A stretch of 61,014 nucleotides of DNA, filler included, from Sphacelaria rigidula (lineage: Eukaryota), in the NCBI GenBank assembly GCA_964200075.2. It is 6 parts of 6 records of this genome, joined end to end, with 100 filler letters (N's around TTAATTAATTAA, not from the genome) between each part and the next. Parts side by side here need not be neighbours in the genome. Positions count along the whole stretch, not along the records: positions 30,559 to 40,644 come from CAXNAA020007178.1; positions 40,745 to 50,829 come from CAXNAA020007179.1; 4 more parts are not named here. One strand, written 5' to 3'. Each line of letters opens with the position of its first letter. Positions within the stretch are counted from its first letter, which is position 1. The translations under genes and the position numbers were made by a program. Positions 34,101-47,885 of the stretch are shown here, one piece after another. The notes below the pieces were generated by a model, which was not told the origin of the DNA, did no database searches, and saw only the letters and a program-made list of their open reading frames with translations.

Positions 34101-37100
34101 AAAACCAAGTGATTTTCAGACGAATCATTATTTGTCCGACCCTTGAGTAGATACCGACCCAACGAATCCCTGGCTCACCAACCAACCAACTAGAAGCGCG
34201 ATTCCTCACCTCTAGATATCGAACGTCTGCCCTGAACGTGGGTACAAGCGGGCTAGCTGTGTGAAACACCAACGACAGGGCCGCAGCAGAGTAGGCCTGT
34301 CCGCCTCGCGGATCGATGTTCACCCGCCCGCGAGAGCTCATGGCCTTCATGATTCACTCGAGAAGGAAGAGAGAAAACAGGGCGCGTAGTTCCCGGGAAG
34401 TGATGGACTGCGGGATTGGTCGGTGGGGGCCGTGTGGTGGTCAAGGTTTCGGGTGTACACATGGCACTGATGTCTAGAACAACTAGAGGGAATGCACAGC
34501 GCCTTGGGGGCCACCTGATACACCATGCCCTGCTTTCTCAAAGCAGGGAGAATCGTTGCAGCCAGTCAACAGACCCCACGTGCGACACGCGGCGCTCGAC
34601 GCCCGACAGATCAGACGTACGACAGCACCCCCTTCATGTACGCCTCGATATTCCATCGTATGCTCTTCATTTCGATCTTCATTTTTCTTCAGCGAGTGTT
34701 TCAGCTTTGTTTTTTTCCCGGGTACATCCACCATATGACCACGGCTGGATCCCTGGGGAATCACTTAAAGTGCGACAATTACCCAATCAATCAACCATGT
34801 TTGACACGTTTAGGTAGAGGCCTGATGAACGGTGCGGAGGTGCAGTGGCAATACAGGAGGGGGGGTGTACTCATGATCATGCATGCCATAGTCATTACAC
34901 GGGGGGAGGGGGGAAGCGGCGTGCGAGCTTATCACCCAGTGGAACTTTTGTACACGCAAAAATAAAACAACAAAAAAAAAGCGATTTTCATACTACGGTA
35001 ACTTCTCAACTGAAAATGATGCCGATTCCACAAATGGACACCTCCGGCGCTCGATGTCCGTGTGTGAAATCGGCTTCATTCTCACTTTTTTTTTCATGTA
35101 GAAATGGGGTGAAAAGCCCATGCGATATAAAATGCTATAGATTTCAATCTAACAAAACGTTGTTGTACATGTACAGTATATGAATCTAAAATCATACACA
35201 TGCAAGTTTAATTTGACTCGTTTTTATTGATATATTTCAATACCGACACTAAACATGCTCCCCTCTCTCAAAATTTATGCTGCATTCTCCCGTTGACATC
35301 TCTACACTACAAACACTACTAAGCCATCGCGGGCTATACTTCCGTGTAGACCCCGGACTTGCTCAGAATATGCTGCCTCACTTTGCACACGGCCTGCTTG
35401 TCTATTACCTGTTGTTCAAGCTCCGATAGGAGATTGAGTCTCTCTCGGCGTCATTGGAACAAAAGGTGTGACATTTTATTGACGTCCGTCACCCATTGAT
35501 CGAGTGACCCTCAAAAGTTCATTTCAGCTCACAGTGCGAATCTCGCGCCACTCATTGCATTTCTGTGTAGGCAAGATGATGCTGTGCTCTCGTACGCTTC
35601 TTGAGCAGCTGTTGTCTTCTGCGGCACGCGAAAAATTATGCTGGGTCTTCAGCCAACAGGCGACAGGAGAAACGCCTAAACTGCCGCAAATCCTGAACTA
35701 AACACGATCCTGTTACGGTCATTCTCAAACCGATTGTTCACCCCTTGGTCGATCATGCCGAAAAAATTATCTCAGTTCACAGTGCGACCCTCGCCACACT
35801 TGATATATCTCTGTGTAGGCAAGATGATTTCTGAGTTCCGCTGTCTTTGGAGCAGCGCTCATCTCCTGCTGCACGCGAAAATCGGTTTGGCGTTCTCAGA
35901 TGAAATCCGCCGAGGATGTTGAATAGATTATCAATTTCTTAGAGCCGGGATGTTCCAACTTGCCATCCCCAGTTCAGGCGTCAAGCCCCCCTACCGTGGA
36001 TCCTTCATTGATACAATGCCATCAGGATCGCCTGGCTAGTACCTACGGTTCTCGCAACCCTACCCGATATTTCGGAACGCCAGATTCTCACTTTAGGTCT
36101 GGCAGCTCGTCGGGTCGCTTGAAAATGTATAATGACACAAAATCGGGATGAGAGATCGTGCACCTAGACCATAGCACCCAAAGGGCGACACAATGGCTGC
36201 ACAGCCATTAAGTGACTTTTATAACTTGTACGGATGACAGCACCGTGTGTTCCAACCCCAACGACAGCAAAAGTACAGCAGCTCAGGCGACAACCACCGC
36301 AGATCGAACCGTCCTCGCAGGATTCAATTGCGTCACAGCGACAACCACAGCATGGAAATGATGGATATGGGCACAAAGCGCCTTGTTTGTTTTACGGGAG
36401 ACGTAACAACAAAGACTCTATGACGCTTTCCACGATTTGTATAGAGGACTCAGTGCCAACTAAAATTTTCGTAGCGACGAGGACAAAACAGTACAGCAGT
36501 TTGGGCAATCTCCAGCGCTGATAAAACCGTCTTTGAAGGGTTCAAACGTACCAAACTACTACAGAGTCAGTTTTTTTTTGTCGCACTTTGAACCCCTCCC
36601 CTTCCTCGGGATGAGTCTATGGTGTCAAGGGATCAACCCATCTCTTCCCCGGTACACGCCTTGCATTTCGGTCTCGCGGGTTGGGTCAGAACTCCCGCCC
36701 CGCTTCAACTCACGCCAAACGTACTCAGTCGACTACTTTGTTTACTCACGTTCTCACGCTTTCCACGGTGGAAATCAGACATTACGAAGAAGAAAACCAA
36801 CGCATCGGGAACCGAATCTTCGTTCTCTCCACCCTAATGGCCACTGTGGGACCATTACACCAGCGGGGCGCGGCGACTATAGCACAGGAATGGTGGGTCT
36901 GGGCTCGAAGCGCCTTGTTTGTTGCGAAAGACGCAATGTCAAACAAACGCATCATTGTATTTTCAAGGTTGATAAGACAGCCGTGCGTACCGACTACAGT
37001 CCTCTTGTACAGATCAGACAGCAGCGCAGGCAATCCCAGCAGAGACCAAGCGTCTTCGCAAGGTCTGAACACACAGTAAAAGTCACAGGAGCAGAAAATG

Positions 37101-38407
37101 AGAGAGGGCGTGAGTGTTTTCTATGGTGGATATAATGGGTTCCGAAGCTTGTCGAAGCACACATTTCCCCCCGGGTCAGAAACCGTGGAACGTCAGAGTG
37201 AAATATATCAGACCTTCTCACAGTAAGGCACCCGTACACTCAGGACCACGCCAACGGTGAGTAACACCCCCCGATAGTATATTCTCGGCTATTTGTGGCG
37301 CCATGTCGGTATCTGCAGTACTGTGTCGGGGCTCGTTGTATACCGCCCCTCATGAATAACACCCCTGGCGACACGTTTTCGGGCCCCAAATTTTCATTCC
37401 CCAAGAATGTTATACTCAACCATGTCGCATACAGTAGGCTCACTTGTGCTCTTTCCGCTGTGAGTACCCCATGGATGACCGATACACTGCAGGCTGCCTT
37501 TTCCAGCAGTTCTCCACCTTCCAAGACGCGTGTGATGCCAAAGCCCTGGAAATAATTCGCGCGGATGCAGAAGATGCATGCGCTGTGGCAACGGCAAATC
37601 AACAAACACGGAGGCCGGGCGCCACAGGGAGAGTTCCCGAGATTGCTGGCAAACGCGCAACGCGCTACAGTACGTAGGTGTAATAAGTCCTATTTTTCGC
37701 TTTCGTCGTTACGGTGTATCAGATCTAGCTTTTGCGCATGCTGTGGACAACAAAAAGTGCCATCAGGCATCTCATCATCATTCTGATCGTCATCATTGCC
37801 GCCGTTTCATCTCCATTTTCAGTGTTGCCACTGTCAAGACGCTCTCAGGTGCAAGCACAGAAGTAGTACTTACGAAAAATCTACGCAGGTGAATCGTAGA
37901 CGACACGAGTGCGCGCACCTTAGTCGGGGCATCCCTCTTCCACGAGTCGTAGCAGAACGTCGATCCTCCTGCTTTCTCTCCATCATCGCCGATTGGTCCC
38001 CGATCCGCCATCTCAGCCTGTAGGCAGATCTCACGCTGAGTTTCCAGTAAAAATTCTGAAAATCTTTGAAATTGTTGGGTGCCGCCGAGATCACCGGGGA
38101 GGTAGGCCTCGCTTGTGGTCGTCCCTGTTGCTGTCGGCATAGCTTCAGATGTTGCCGACGTTCCGGTGGCATGTGTCGGTGTGTTAATCACTGTTCGTAA
38201 CGGCTGTCGCCACTGCCTGGTGGAACTATTATCACCGTGACTGCCAGCTGCTGCACTTGATGTAGGTGGATTGGCCACGAAACCGGTGACCCCAGTAACG
38301 ACTAGAGATAGAAGTGCGGGCACCCCTATGAGCAGAAACATGTGTCGGTCTGTTGCTGTCGATCTTGGTGATGTTACCGCCACTACTGCTGTCGTTTCCA
38401 CTGACAT
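31030..38407 (-). CDS. CPOX: Oxygen-dependent coproporphyrinogen III oxidase, plastid-targeted, complete. 7 exons: 38407-37919, 37545-37444, 34344-34210, 33692-33573, 32835-32707, 31552-31393, 31187-31030. About 430 aa.
   Basis: HemF-family motifs occur in order across phase-compatible exons: [101 protein letters not shown]. The N-terminus has a hydrophobic signal followed by TG^FVANP (ASAFAP-like cleavage motif). Confidence 0.96.
34023..34032. other. Internal 10-N assembly gap in CPOX intron 3
   Basis: Ten Ns without the linker motif. Confidence 0.9.
35490..35892. repeat. Diverged duplication with a ~248-bp period in CPOX intron 2
   Basis: The block TCAG-TCACAGTGCGA...TCTGTGTAGGCAAGATGAT...GAGCAGC...GCACGCGAAAA occurs twice. 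Confidence 0.75.
36571..36874 (-). mobile_element. tRNA-derived SINE, second family
   Basis: Minus-strand head has TGGTGTAATGG and a degenerate B-box GATTCGGTTCCC. The body is clearly homologous to 50606-50829. Confidence 0.7.
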
Positions 38408-38856
38408 CTCAGCAGTGTAGCCGTGATGGATAGATGCAGAGAAAAAAACTCCTCCACCTTCTACTTCCGCACTTATATGGGAAAAAACGCTGTCCTACCT
38501 GCGGTCGCTGCCCTGTCTGCGGTGGACGGACTGGACCAAGGAACTGAGGTAACATGGCACGAAGAGAAACTGCTGGTCATCGTCATTTGGGAGAATCAAC
38601 ATGAGATTCAGACTCGCAGTCGGAAGCTGCTCGCAGTGACAGAAGAAAACTCTTCAAAAATTCAGCGTTAACCCCTTTCTCGGGAGCATGGTACACACCA
38701 AATCAAGCTTCCAGGACGCAGCCGTACGCCAAAACAATTGGGAACAAACCCACAGGTGTCGTGCCCGTGTCTTTTTACCAAGATGACAAGCAAGCCCTAC
38801 CCTGCGGTCGTCATTTTCCAGAAATCGTGTAAATCACAAAATGCACCGCACATCCC

Positions 38857-39258
38857 ATGTTGAGATCAAAAGGGGGGGCGGGGCGCAGCAAAGCCCGATA
38901 CCAGATGGCACCAAGACTTTGCAAGGCATCAGCCGCAGGTGTAAGCCTTTCTAGATTATTAGTGTTGACCGCTAGGATGCTTACGATGACAGGAAGTATC
39001 GGAAGGGCTAGGGCGTTTCTTCAGTCTACCAGCGGCCATGCTGTCTGTGGCGTTAGCAGTCTAGCATGGGCGAGCGGCCGCGGCGGGACTTGGCACAGCA
39101 GCAGTAGCAGCAACACGGCTGCATTTGTGCTTGCAGCAGGCGGTAATCGTGGCGGCAGTGTTGCTGATGTAGAAAAAAATGGTTACGGGTGGACGAGAGC
39201 AGTACCGTCGAGGCGGAACAGGGGCAAGGCGACGGCAGCAGCTGCTAGCGTGGTCGAG
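38857..39258 (+). CDS. First exon of an unidentified, probably plastid-targeted protein (partial)
   Basis: ATG-started ORF with a hydrophobic stretch, then ARA^FLQ (ASAFAP-like) and a Ser/Ala/Arg-rich transit-like segment. It ends at a candidate donor GAG|GTTGGT and is divergent from CPOX. The start could be a later Met. Confidence 0.5.
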
Positions 39259-40644
39259 GTTGGTTTTGCGCAATGGTTGAACGAAGGTGTTGATGCTGAT
39301 TTGAAAACCTGAAAACGACTGGTGTCATGTTTCCGTCTTGTACGACTGACTGCGCTGCGCCCTCCTGTATTTACTGTGCTGTACAGCTCGGTCCTGCTCT
39401 ATTGTTTACATGGCCACGCATATCATACCATATACTCAAGTATTGGCCGTGTTAGGGTTTGTCATTTTGATGGGCATTCGCAAGGTCCAGCTTGGTGCAG
39501 TCAGCTCTGTATTGTACTGTAATTGTTGTAGTCAGTGCGTCCTCTTCTCTGCTCATTCCATATTATCACTGTAATTTATCCCGCTATCCTCACCGTACTG
39601 TCCGGACTACGGTACTGCTGTTTACTGTACACTACTTTCCTCGCCTGTTCTGTTGTAGCGTTTCCACCAGCCCTCAACGAGAAGGCATGATGGAGTCAGC
39701 AGACCCGATGAAGGGTGCAATCATAGTCGTGCTGATGCAGAACTGTAGACCATCTCCAAAATTACCTTCTCCAAGAAACCCCGACTCAATTCTACCCATC
39801 ATGGCGCACGAATTGGCTTGTAAAACTCGAGCTGGTACACCTTGCACACTTTTGTATAAACACGATGGTTATTTTCCATTCTGGTATTTGGAAAACCATC
39901 CTCGCACACAAGTCGCTTTGTACCGCCTACTGCTAGGTACACTGTCGCTACACACAAACAAAAAAATGGCTTGCTACTGTAAAGTAGCAGTCTCGTTCAA
40001 AACCACGCCTGTGCCCATTGCCTTATACAAAAATACGATATTCGCTTCCTTGCTTTGGGGTGGTTTCGTCTTCACTGTGCAGCATTTTCAATCGCGGCAA
40101 TGATCTTATCATATTTAGGCTCAGTGCACTGGTAGGTATGCCTTTGAGCTATGCATAGCAAGCCGGTTCGTCTCGGTAGGTGCTGTGTGGATACAGATGC
40201 TCTTAATCCTTGACCGGGTGTTGGTGCATGGAGGATGCGATCAACACGTCGAGTAAGAGCAGCACAATGAAGCGCTGCGGTTTCGACGCACATGGCTCGT
40301 GCAGACGAATCCAAGCTCCACAACAGTTTGGGCCTCGTTCCCCACTTCCTGTGCATATTTTCTCTGCATGCGGCACGCTATATAGTCAGCACATCGTTTG
40401 TCATATCTCTGACGTTTCCATTGTGTCGACCAGCCTGACCTTCGTGTCTGTCAGCACATTTCTACAGTCATTGTCAACACGGACTGTGTGCGGGGGCCCG
40501 TTTCGAACGCTGACAAGCCAAGTCACTTTCCCCCACAATTTTGCTCGTTTTTCACGCATACTTTTCGGGGGAGATTCCAATTTGGGGGGGGGGGGGGGAA
40601 CTTATGGTTGTGGTTGTCGTTGTCGAAGAGGACATGGTTGAAGT

Positions 40645-40744
40645 NNNNNNNNNNNNNNNNNNNNNNNNNNNNNNNNNNNNNNNNNNNNTTAATTAATTAA
40701 NNNNNNNNNNNNNNNNNNNNNNNNNNNNNNNNNNNNNNNNNNNN
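40645..40744. other. Artificial scaffold linker
   Basis: N44-TTAATTAATTAA-N44. Confidence 0.98.
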
Positions 40745-41522
40745 GTGCGTGCTAGTCGCAAATCCGTCTAACGCACAGACAAGAGCTCCGCCCCCCCCCC
40801 CCCGATACCTGCCCGGTGATTTGTTATCGAAAATTGGATAATGACTCACCAGTACGGACGCAGTGCATCACATCCTCATGCTTTTCACGACGAAAAAACC
40901 AATAAAATTAAGCGCTGCTGTCATGGTTCGAACCCCGCAAACTGGCGGACGATGTCCTCGTTAGACCAGCGGAGTGCGGTGGCTACAAAATAGGTATTTA
41001 TCCTACAGAATCAGCTTGTCCCCACCTTTCAGTGTGTAGGATAAGAATTATAATAGCTACAAAAGAACGAAGAAACGAATAACAGAACCAACATCAATCA
41101 GCGTGCTGCTCAAAGAGGAAAGAGTGTGTTTGTTCACCCACCCATGAAAAAACAGGATAGAGAACGAGTCGGTGGTTGTGTACTTGCTCCACTCGTTCTC
41201 GTGTTGCACCTCTCGGGGAAAATAAGTTGTACCTACGTATAATTGCAACCACTAAACGCACAAAAGGAGCGGAAACAACAGTTGGGGTGAATCCTGCGAT
41301 AGCAAGCTGAAATCGCGAAGGCGAGATGGATCAAATGAGCCACAGCGAGGCTGGGGCGGGGGGGAGTGGGAATATACGCGGAATAATGAAATCCAGAAGA
41401 CTTCATGGGTATAATACGCGTGTCTTTCATAGCCTTCAACCATCGACAGGTACAACGATCGTGTCACCTTAAAAAACGGTTTTCGCAACACACACACATC
41501 GTACGCTACTACGGTTGAACAC

Positions 41523-44500
41523 CTCTCTGTTTAATCGTCTTCCCGTGATGGTTATCTCCGTTACGCCGAAAATTCCGCAACCAGCTCCACCACTCCCGCC
41601 GCTACCGCCGCCGCCGCTGCTGGCGCCACCTGAACCACTGTTTCCCCCGCGAGTGGTCTCTGCTGTTGGCGTTTCCGCGGACTCCGTCGCCGCCGCCAAA
41701 ACGACAGCCCCGATGCTCTCATCGCGGAGTAGATCCGGCACGTCCGACAACTCTGCCAATCCTTCCAAGGATGTCAAAGCGAGAGAAGCGGTAGCTTGTG
41801 CTGTCGGTGCGTTGTGCGACCCTGCACTACAGGCGGTTTTAGCGGTGCAGCCCTCGCCACCGACGATAAAGTCACTACCGCCGCCGCTGCCGCCACCTCC
41901 ACCGCCGCCGACGAATCCGCCAGTGTTATCCGTCCCTCTCCTGGCACATCCCTCCTTGTCTAGGAGATTCTTCGTCGTGGCTGTCCTTTTGCCGAGTTCG
42001 TATCCAGCCGCTGCCGACTCGCCACCATCGCTTGGTTTCGCGTCACGACTATCCATGCTTGCGAATTCCGCCTCACCATCGTCACCGTCATCGTCGTCTT
42101 GGATCGCGTGAGCACCACCGCAAGTCGCTCTCTTGGTTGAGGCCGCCGGGTCGTCATCATCGGCCGGTCGGCGTCGTTTCTCCCGTCGGCGCCGCCTGTG
42201 CTTGCGCCGCCTCTCTCGGTCGACAGTCGGATCTACGAAGACATCGTCGCCGTCGTCATCGGCAGTGTTCGGGTCGGCTGCTACGCAACAACCGTCGGTG
42301 GCAGTTGCGGCAGGCACAGGCGGAGGTTCCAAGGTTGGTGGGGCTCCGCGGGGGGCGGCGACGTGGGGTGGCAGATTCGGTGAAGTGCTTTCTGTTGCTT
42401 CTCGTTTGCCTGAGGAGTTACTGCAAGTCTTGGCAACCTTAGCAGTCTTTTTGGCCAACCTTTTGCGCCGGAGGTGCCCCCGTTTGAGTGGTTCAGTTTG
42501 TTGACCGGCACACGGGGGAGCGGGAGGGGAGGGGAAAGAAGGTGCCATCAATAGTCAGGTGTTCGCGTGTGGAAATAAAACTATGTGCGATGAGCACACT
42601 TGATAAAAATGCAGCAATATGTGCATCGTGTGTGCACAGAGAGAAACACAGAGACAGGCAGAGGCAGACATAGGCAGAGACAGGGGAATGCGCGATAAAC
42701 CTTGCCATACACACGAGGTAGCGAAAACGACGAGAAGGTGGAGTTTCTTTGCGTTCGAGGGAAAACAATGTAAAAAGAAACAAGCATTCAAGAGTGAGGG
42801 CGACTTCGCTTGACTGTGTCGACAAAAACTATACTACTATGAATGCAAAGCACACCACACGAGACCAGAACAAACGGGTTTACGACACGACAAATACAGA
42901 ACGTTCGCAAATCGCCGCACGAATACGACTAAATCGTTCGTAACAGCTCCACCTCCCACCTTGTGGCCAACACGGCCGCCCTTTTTTCCAGAGCCAGTCT
43001 ATCTCCGCCTCTCACCCGCGCGTCCCGCACACCTTCCTCCGCCGCCCACAGCGAGCACGAGAGCCGTCCGACGTGGGCAAGGTCGAGCGAGAGGCGGTTC
43101 CACCATCGGCCGCGTCGGTGTGGCGTATATCTGCGCGCGCGTGGGTGACACAACGGGACAGCAGCAACCGGATACGTGGAGTACGCCAGGTTAATTGACA
43201 GTTCTGAGTTTCATCAATCCCAACGTAAATTCTGGGGGGGTTAGGCTAGTCATTTCACTATCGGAAAGCTACACGGACGATGAAAGCCCATAAGGACGAC
43301 AACCGGTCTCCCGTCATGCCGCACGGAACATTGGGAGCAACGAAACAGGCTAAAATAACCCACACAATTCACCCTACTCACCCGTTATGGTTTCGCTGAA
43401 CGCTATGGTTTCGCTGAAGAAAACGGCAAAAACTCGGGAGCAAGAGTGCACGATTTCGCGTCAACTCGTACACACGAGGAAGACAAGAGACTCCTTCGAC
43501 GTTTGTCGACAACGTGAGCCTCATGTGCTACCGTACCTGGTTGCCAGCAGCTGCGCCAGCAGCTCGACGGCACGCCCGTAGTCTCTCGCTCGCTCCAACA
43601 AGGACACGCCCTCCCAAACCGCAGATGCTAGAACCCAACCGGCATCTAACTGCAAGAGAAACGCGGGGACCTCAGGAGCAGCACTGCCGTCGGTGTCGCC
43701 ATCATCGGCACCAGCTTTATCAGTTTCACCAGCACCAGTGGCATCTCTTGTCGCACCTGGCTGCCCCAACGAAGAAAGTCGCGCGATCTCCCCTCCGTTC
43801 TCGCTCGAATCTTTGCTTGTGTCAATGCTTTGATCAAAGTCCGACGAAATTTCACTGTCAAGCGCGGAACCTAGGGTTTGCCTCGCTGCTGGACCTTCGT
43901 CTGCCGTTAAAAGTGCCTTGTTTCTTCCGCCACAAGGACGCTCATTGTTATTGAATGCAACTGCGCACGTACGGCGGTCGCGGTCGGTGGCGGCGGTGGA
44001 GGCGGCAGGATACGAATTAGGGGCACTCGGTCTTCTACCGACGGAGCCTGCCCCACCCGCTCCCGAGTCAGCACAACCCGCTCCTCCGCCTCCACTGCTG
44101 CATGACTCCTTCAAAATTCCGAGAAAGGCCTTCTGCCCCATCACGCTCCGTTCCATCGTCCCCGCCTTCGCGGCGATACCAAGGATCGCGGGTGAGGGCA
44201 GCTCTTCGATCGTCGCTGGAGGTCGTCGCGTGTTCAGGTGCGCGTTTAAACATCGTGCGCACACAAGCGCGATTGTGACTGCGGGGCAGGCTGCCGCAGA
44301 GGTAGAGGCCGTGACAGCGGAGGCAGTGTCGGCGGAGGTGGAAATTGTGTCCTCTGCGGAGGATGACAGAAACTGAGATATACTGTCCTCTAGACCACCA
44401 AGGGCAACGATGCCACTGCTGCCTTCCTCCATTTCGCTCATAGACTTACCGTAGTTTCTTCTTCTCCGACTCGTTTCCTCGAATTCGTCGCCATCGGTAT

Positions 44501-47500
44501 CGAGGACCTCAACCTCGGATTGCCCTTCGCCGCCGCCGTCACAGCTGTCTTCGTCGTCGTCAATTCCGGATGCTGCTGTGGTCGACGCCTGCGCCCATCC
44601 TCGGGGAAGCTCCGCCATTGCCCCATCTAAAGCGCAGCGCAACTCCACCGCCGCCTCCCAACGCAGAAAATCTTCTCTTCCTTCGAAGGCTCGGCCCCGG
44701 ACATCGCACGTGTATGAGGCGTATCTATGGTGTAAAAGCGAAGATGCCGCGTCCAAAGAGGAGAAATGAGAGCGGTGTGTGTGTATGTGTGTTTGCGACA
44801 CTGTTCGCGACTTGAAGCTGGTTCGGAACAGCACAGAACAAAGCTCCGGATCTGTATCAATACGACGAGTGACAAATCACCGTGCACCCAGCTATCATAT
44901 TTCGTGCGAAAGGCAAGTAATGAAGCCCAGTGGTTGATCCATGCGGCCAGAATCACACTGACAAGGACGAACAAGGTGAAAGGTGCCGTAACCAACGGTA
45001 ATCGCTGATCATACCCTGTACGCTACCACGCGAATTTACACAGAATGTGAGGATAGATCCCTTCTTTATGTAATAGTCGAATCTTGAAGCCATACCTGAC
45101 CTTCCCAAAAGCTGCAGATAGGCCGGGAGACCAAGACGAAAGAGCGCCTGAGGCACCGGCTCCGCGAACAGACGCCGCCCCTACCATGCCGCTGCTCAAA
45201 GCGCTCGTATTACATGTCAGATATAGCAGTCGCAGCGCTCTCTTGAAGACCAAACGAGGACTGTCTGCGACGAGCACGATCCAATGCTGGCGACACGCGT
45301 CATCCTTCGCATGATCACCAGAACTGTCGACGAAGCTTTCGGTCTTGCCGATGATGGCGATGCGATCTCCACCGCCAAAATGAGAATCCTGTCTGCGCAT
45401 CCCCGCCACGTCCACCCCCAGAGCCTCCACGGAGCTGGACACTAACCTCTCGATTTCTTTCACGAGAGGAAGCTTTGCCCCCCACAATGTCTGCTGTCCG
45501 GCGAGCCTTCGTCGTAGTTCCGCGATCATTCCTGGTCGGCCTCCAACCCCTGCGCCACTATCAGCTATAGATGATGTGGCGGCGTTGATAACCATCGCTT
45601 TCCTACCATCCTTTACCGCCGTACCTTTGGTACTACCACCACCACCACCACCACCACTACAACCGGAATCTGCTAGTGAGGGCCGACCCCCCGGCTTAGC
45701 TGGCTTGCCACCTTTCTTCTGCGAGCGACTCCTAGAAGTCGCCTTAATCCCTCCGCCTGCTGTCCTCATGAGAAGCGTCTTTATTTCGCCCGACCGCAAA
45801 CAGCAGTCCGCAGCAGACAGCGCGGCTTCGAGCCCGGGACCTTGAGCACGCCAGATGTTGTCGGGCAGCTGGCTCAGGAACCCCGCTCCGATCAATTCCC
45901 GCAGCGCTGACTGTATTTCTGAGTGTAGCACGGTGAGTTCTTCCGACGACAGTCTCAGGCCACCGGCAGCGACATCTGGTGGTCCGACCGCTGCCGTCAT
46001 ACTGGTCGAAGACAGCAAAGCGGCGCGTTTTGTTACCGCATCTTGAAGAGACCTATCTTTCGTGCTCTGATCGACTCCTTGCGAGCACTTTACGTCCTGC
46101 CCTTGTGATGCTTCAACAGCGTTCCCCTTACCCCCGAGAACATACCTCTCGGGCGTTGACTCCTCTCCCGCCGTCGGTGCGAACGGATTCAAGGGTAGGT
46201 CTGGTGAAGCACCAGTGCAGACAGTGTTATCTGTATCTCCAGTCGCACCCCTGGTGGTATTTGTTTCCACATCACCAACACCGCCAACGCCATCAACACC
46301 AACACCGCTGACAGCCGTTGCGGCCGCTGCGGCTGATTCGGCGCGAAGCCGACGAATCCACAGGGGCGTCCCCGAGCCGACCTCATCGTAGCCCAGCATA
46401 CCGTCTACACGGAACCAGGGACCCTTGCGTTGAAACAGCCGTACGTACAAGCTTTGGCTTGCACCGCTAAGCGCTTCGAACCTCCGAACCACCTCGCGCT
46501 CCTCTGGCGTGAACAGCCGCGCGTAGTCCGGCCGCGCACGCATCACCGTTCCCATGACATCCTCAAAGTGTCGCAGGTAGATCGACATAGGCCTCTCGCG
46601 GACTTTGCCACGTTCTGCATCGGACAACGGTGGTGGTGACCGTGACGGCGGCGGCGGCGGAGCGACCGACGGCCGCGGCAACGGCAGACCCTCCGATAGA
46701 TTGGGGTCATTCGGTGGGCTAGGAGCAGCACTCCTCGAAGTCGCAACGACTGCTGCAGGTTCCGACGTAGATTCTTCGATTTCTTCCGCAGGGTTTCTGG
46801 TCATCTGCAGTGGCGAGCATGCTAACTTTGGCACTGACGGTGGTGACGGTAGCATTGACGTCGCTGGCACCCGCGCAGGAGCAGGGAATCGATCCGGATG
46901 CATATCGTCACACGCCGCAACGTGCATGTTCATGAGAAGGAGTGCTCGTGACGGTGGTTTGGGCGCGGGCGGTTGAACACCGCGATCGACACCGCTGCTC
47001 GCAATATCTATTGTATCGTAGTTGTTGTTGTAGCCCTTGTCACCGTCGTCATCGGTAAGATCAATGACCGCGTCTGAAGGGGACCCTGGAAGCGGGCGCT
47101 TGCGCGAGGGGTGCGACCAAGGAGAGCGGCGCCTTGAGGTGGATGATGACAGCGACTTTCTTTGCGATGGCGTCTTTTTCGTGGCAGTATGGTTGCTTGC
47201 TGGAGTTAGTCTTGAGGATGTCGGGGCAAGATGCGGGGATGGTGAAATGGGTGGTGTCTGCGACTGTAGCAGGGAGGGTTGCTTCTGTGCGGAAGGCGCC
47301 GGCCATGCCTGGTTACGAGGCTCGGAATCAGGATCATGGTCAGTATTGATTTGAAGTGGCAGTCAAGAGGTTATCGAGTGAGGTTGGATAATTTTGCTCG
47401 AGAGATAGTTGCCAGTATGCCACAGTGTTGAGTCGTGCTGTGCTGCCCTGTGCTCCACACGATGAGCAGGAGTTTGGGCTGCTCTGAGTTATGTGGAGGG

Positions 47501-47885
47501 TGTCATGAGAAGAAGTCCTCCTGCATACCGTGTGTGACGGCGAATAACACCCCTCTCCCATAACGGGTCTTGGCCTCTGAGGTGTCAGGCCATAGATGCG
47601 CAGGTGCCGCTTGCAAAGCGTTACCTACAAATGGCGGCCCCAACGCACTATAATGCTACAATACAGCAGGTATACCGTACGGCACGGTACTCTGGCCGTA
47701 CAGTACAGTACTGTCTTGATTCTGTCGGAGGAACGAAGGTATGCAAATTTGAATTTGATTTTACAAGTACTCGTATCATGTTCTGAAACTGTTCACATCT
47801 GTTAGTGGAGAGAGCACTTTACCTGACCAGTCTGGGTCCTCTCCCCGTCCGGGTTGGAGAGCATTGGCGTCTCATTGAAGCTCAT
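41523..47885 (-). CDS. FAN1: Fanconi-associated nuclease 1 (FAN1)-like, 3'-partial. Exons 47885-47823 (tentative), 47308-45096, 44724-43537, 43130-42960, 42459-41523. The VRR-NUC domain is not on this scaffold.
   Basis: FAN1-type motifs: YLRHFEDVM...LFTPEE...F-ALS--SQ-LYVRLFQRKGPWFR, G-VRY--Y, REDFLRWEAA, AGWVL----W-GV--LER-RDY--AV--L--LL, RRGRWWNRLSLDL-H, and ITITG. Splice phases are consistent (0,2,2,2), giving 1524 codons. Confidence 0.88.

Noticed and set aside
41515..46976. Long plus-strand ORFs (e.g. 41515-42111, 43918-44376, 46605-46976)
   Set aside because: They are antisense shadows of GC-rich FAN1 exons.
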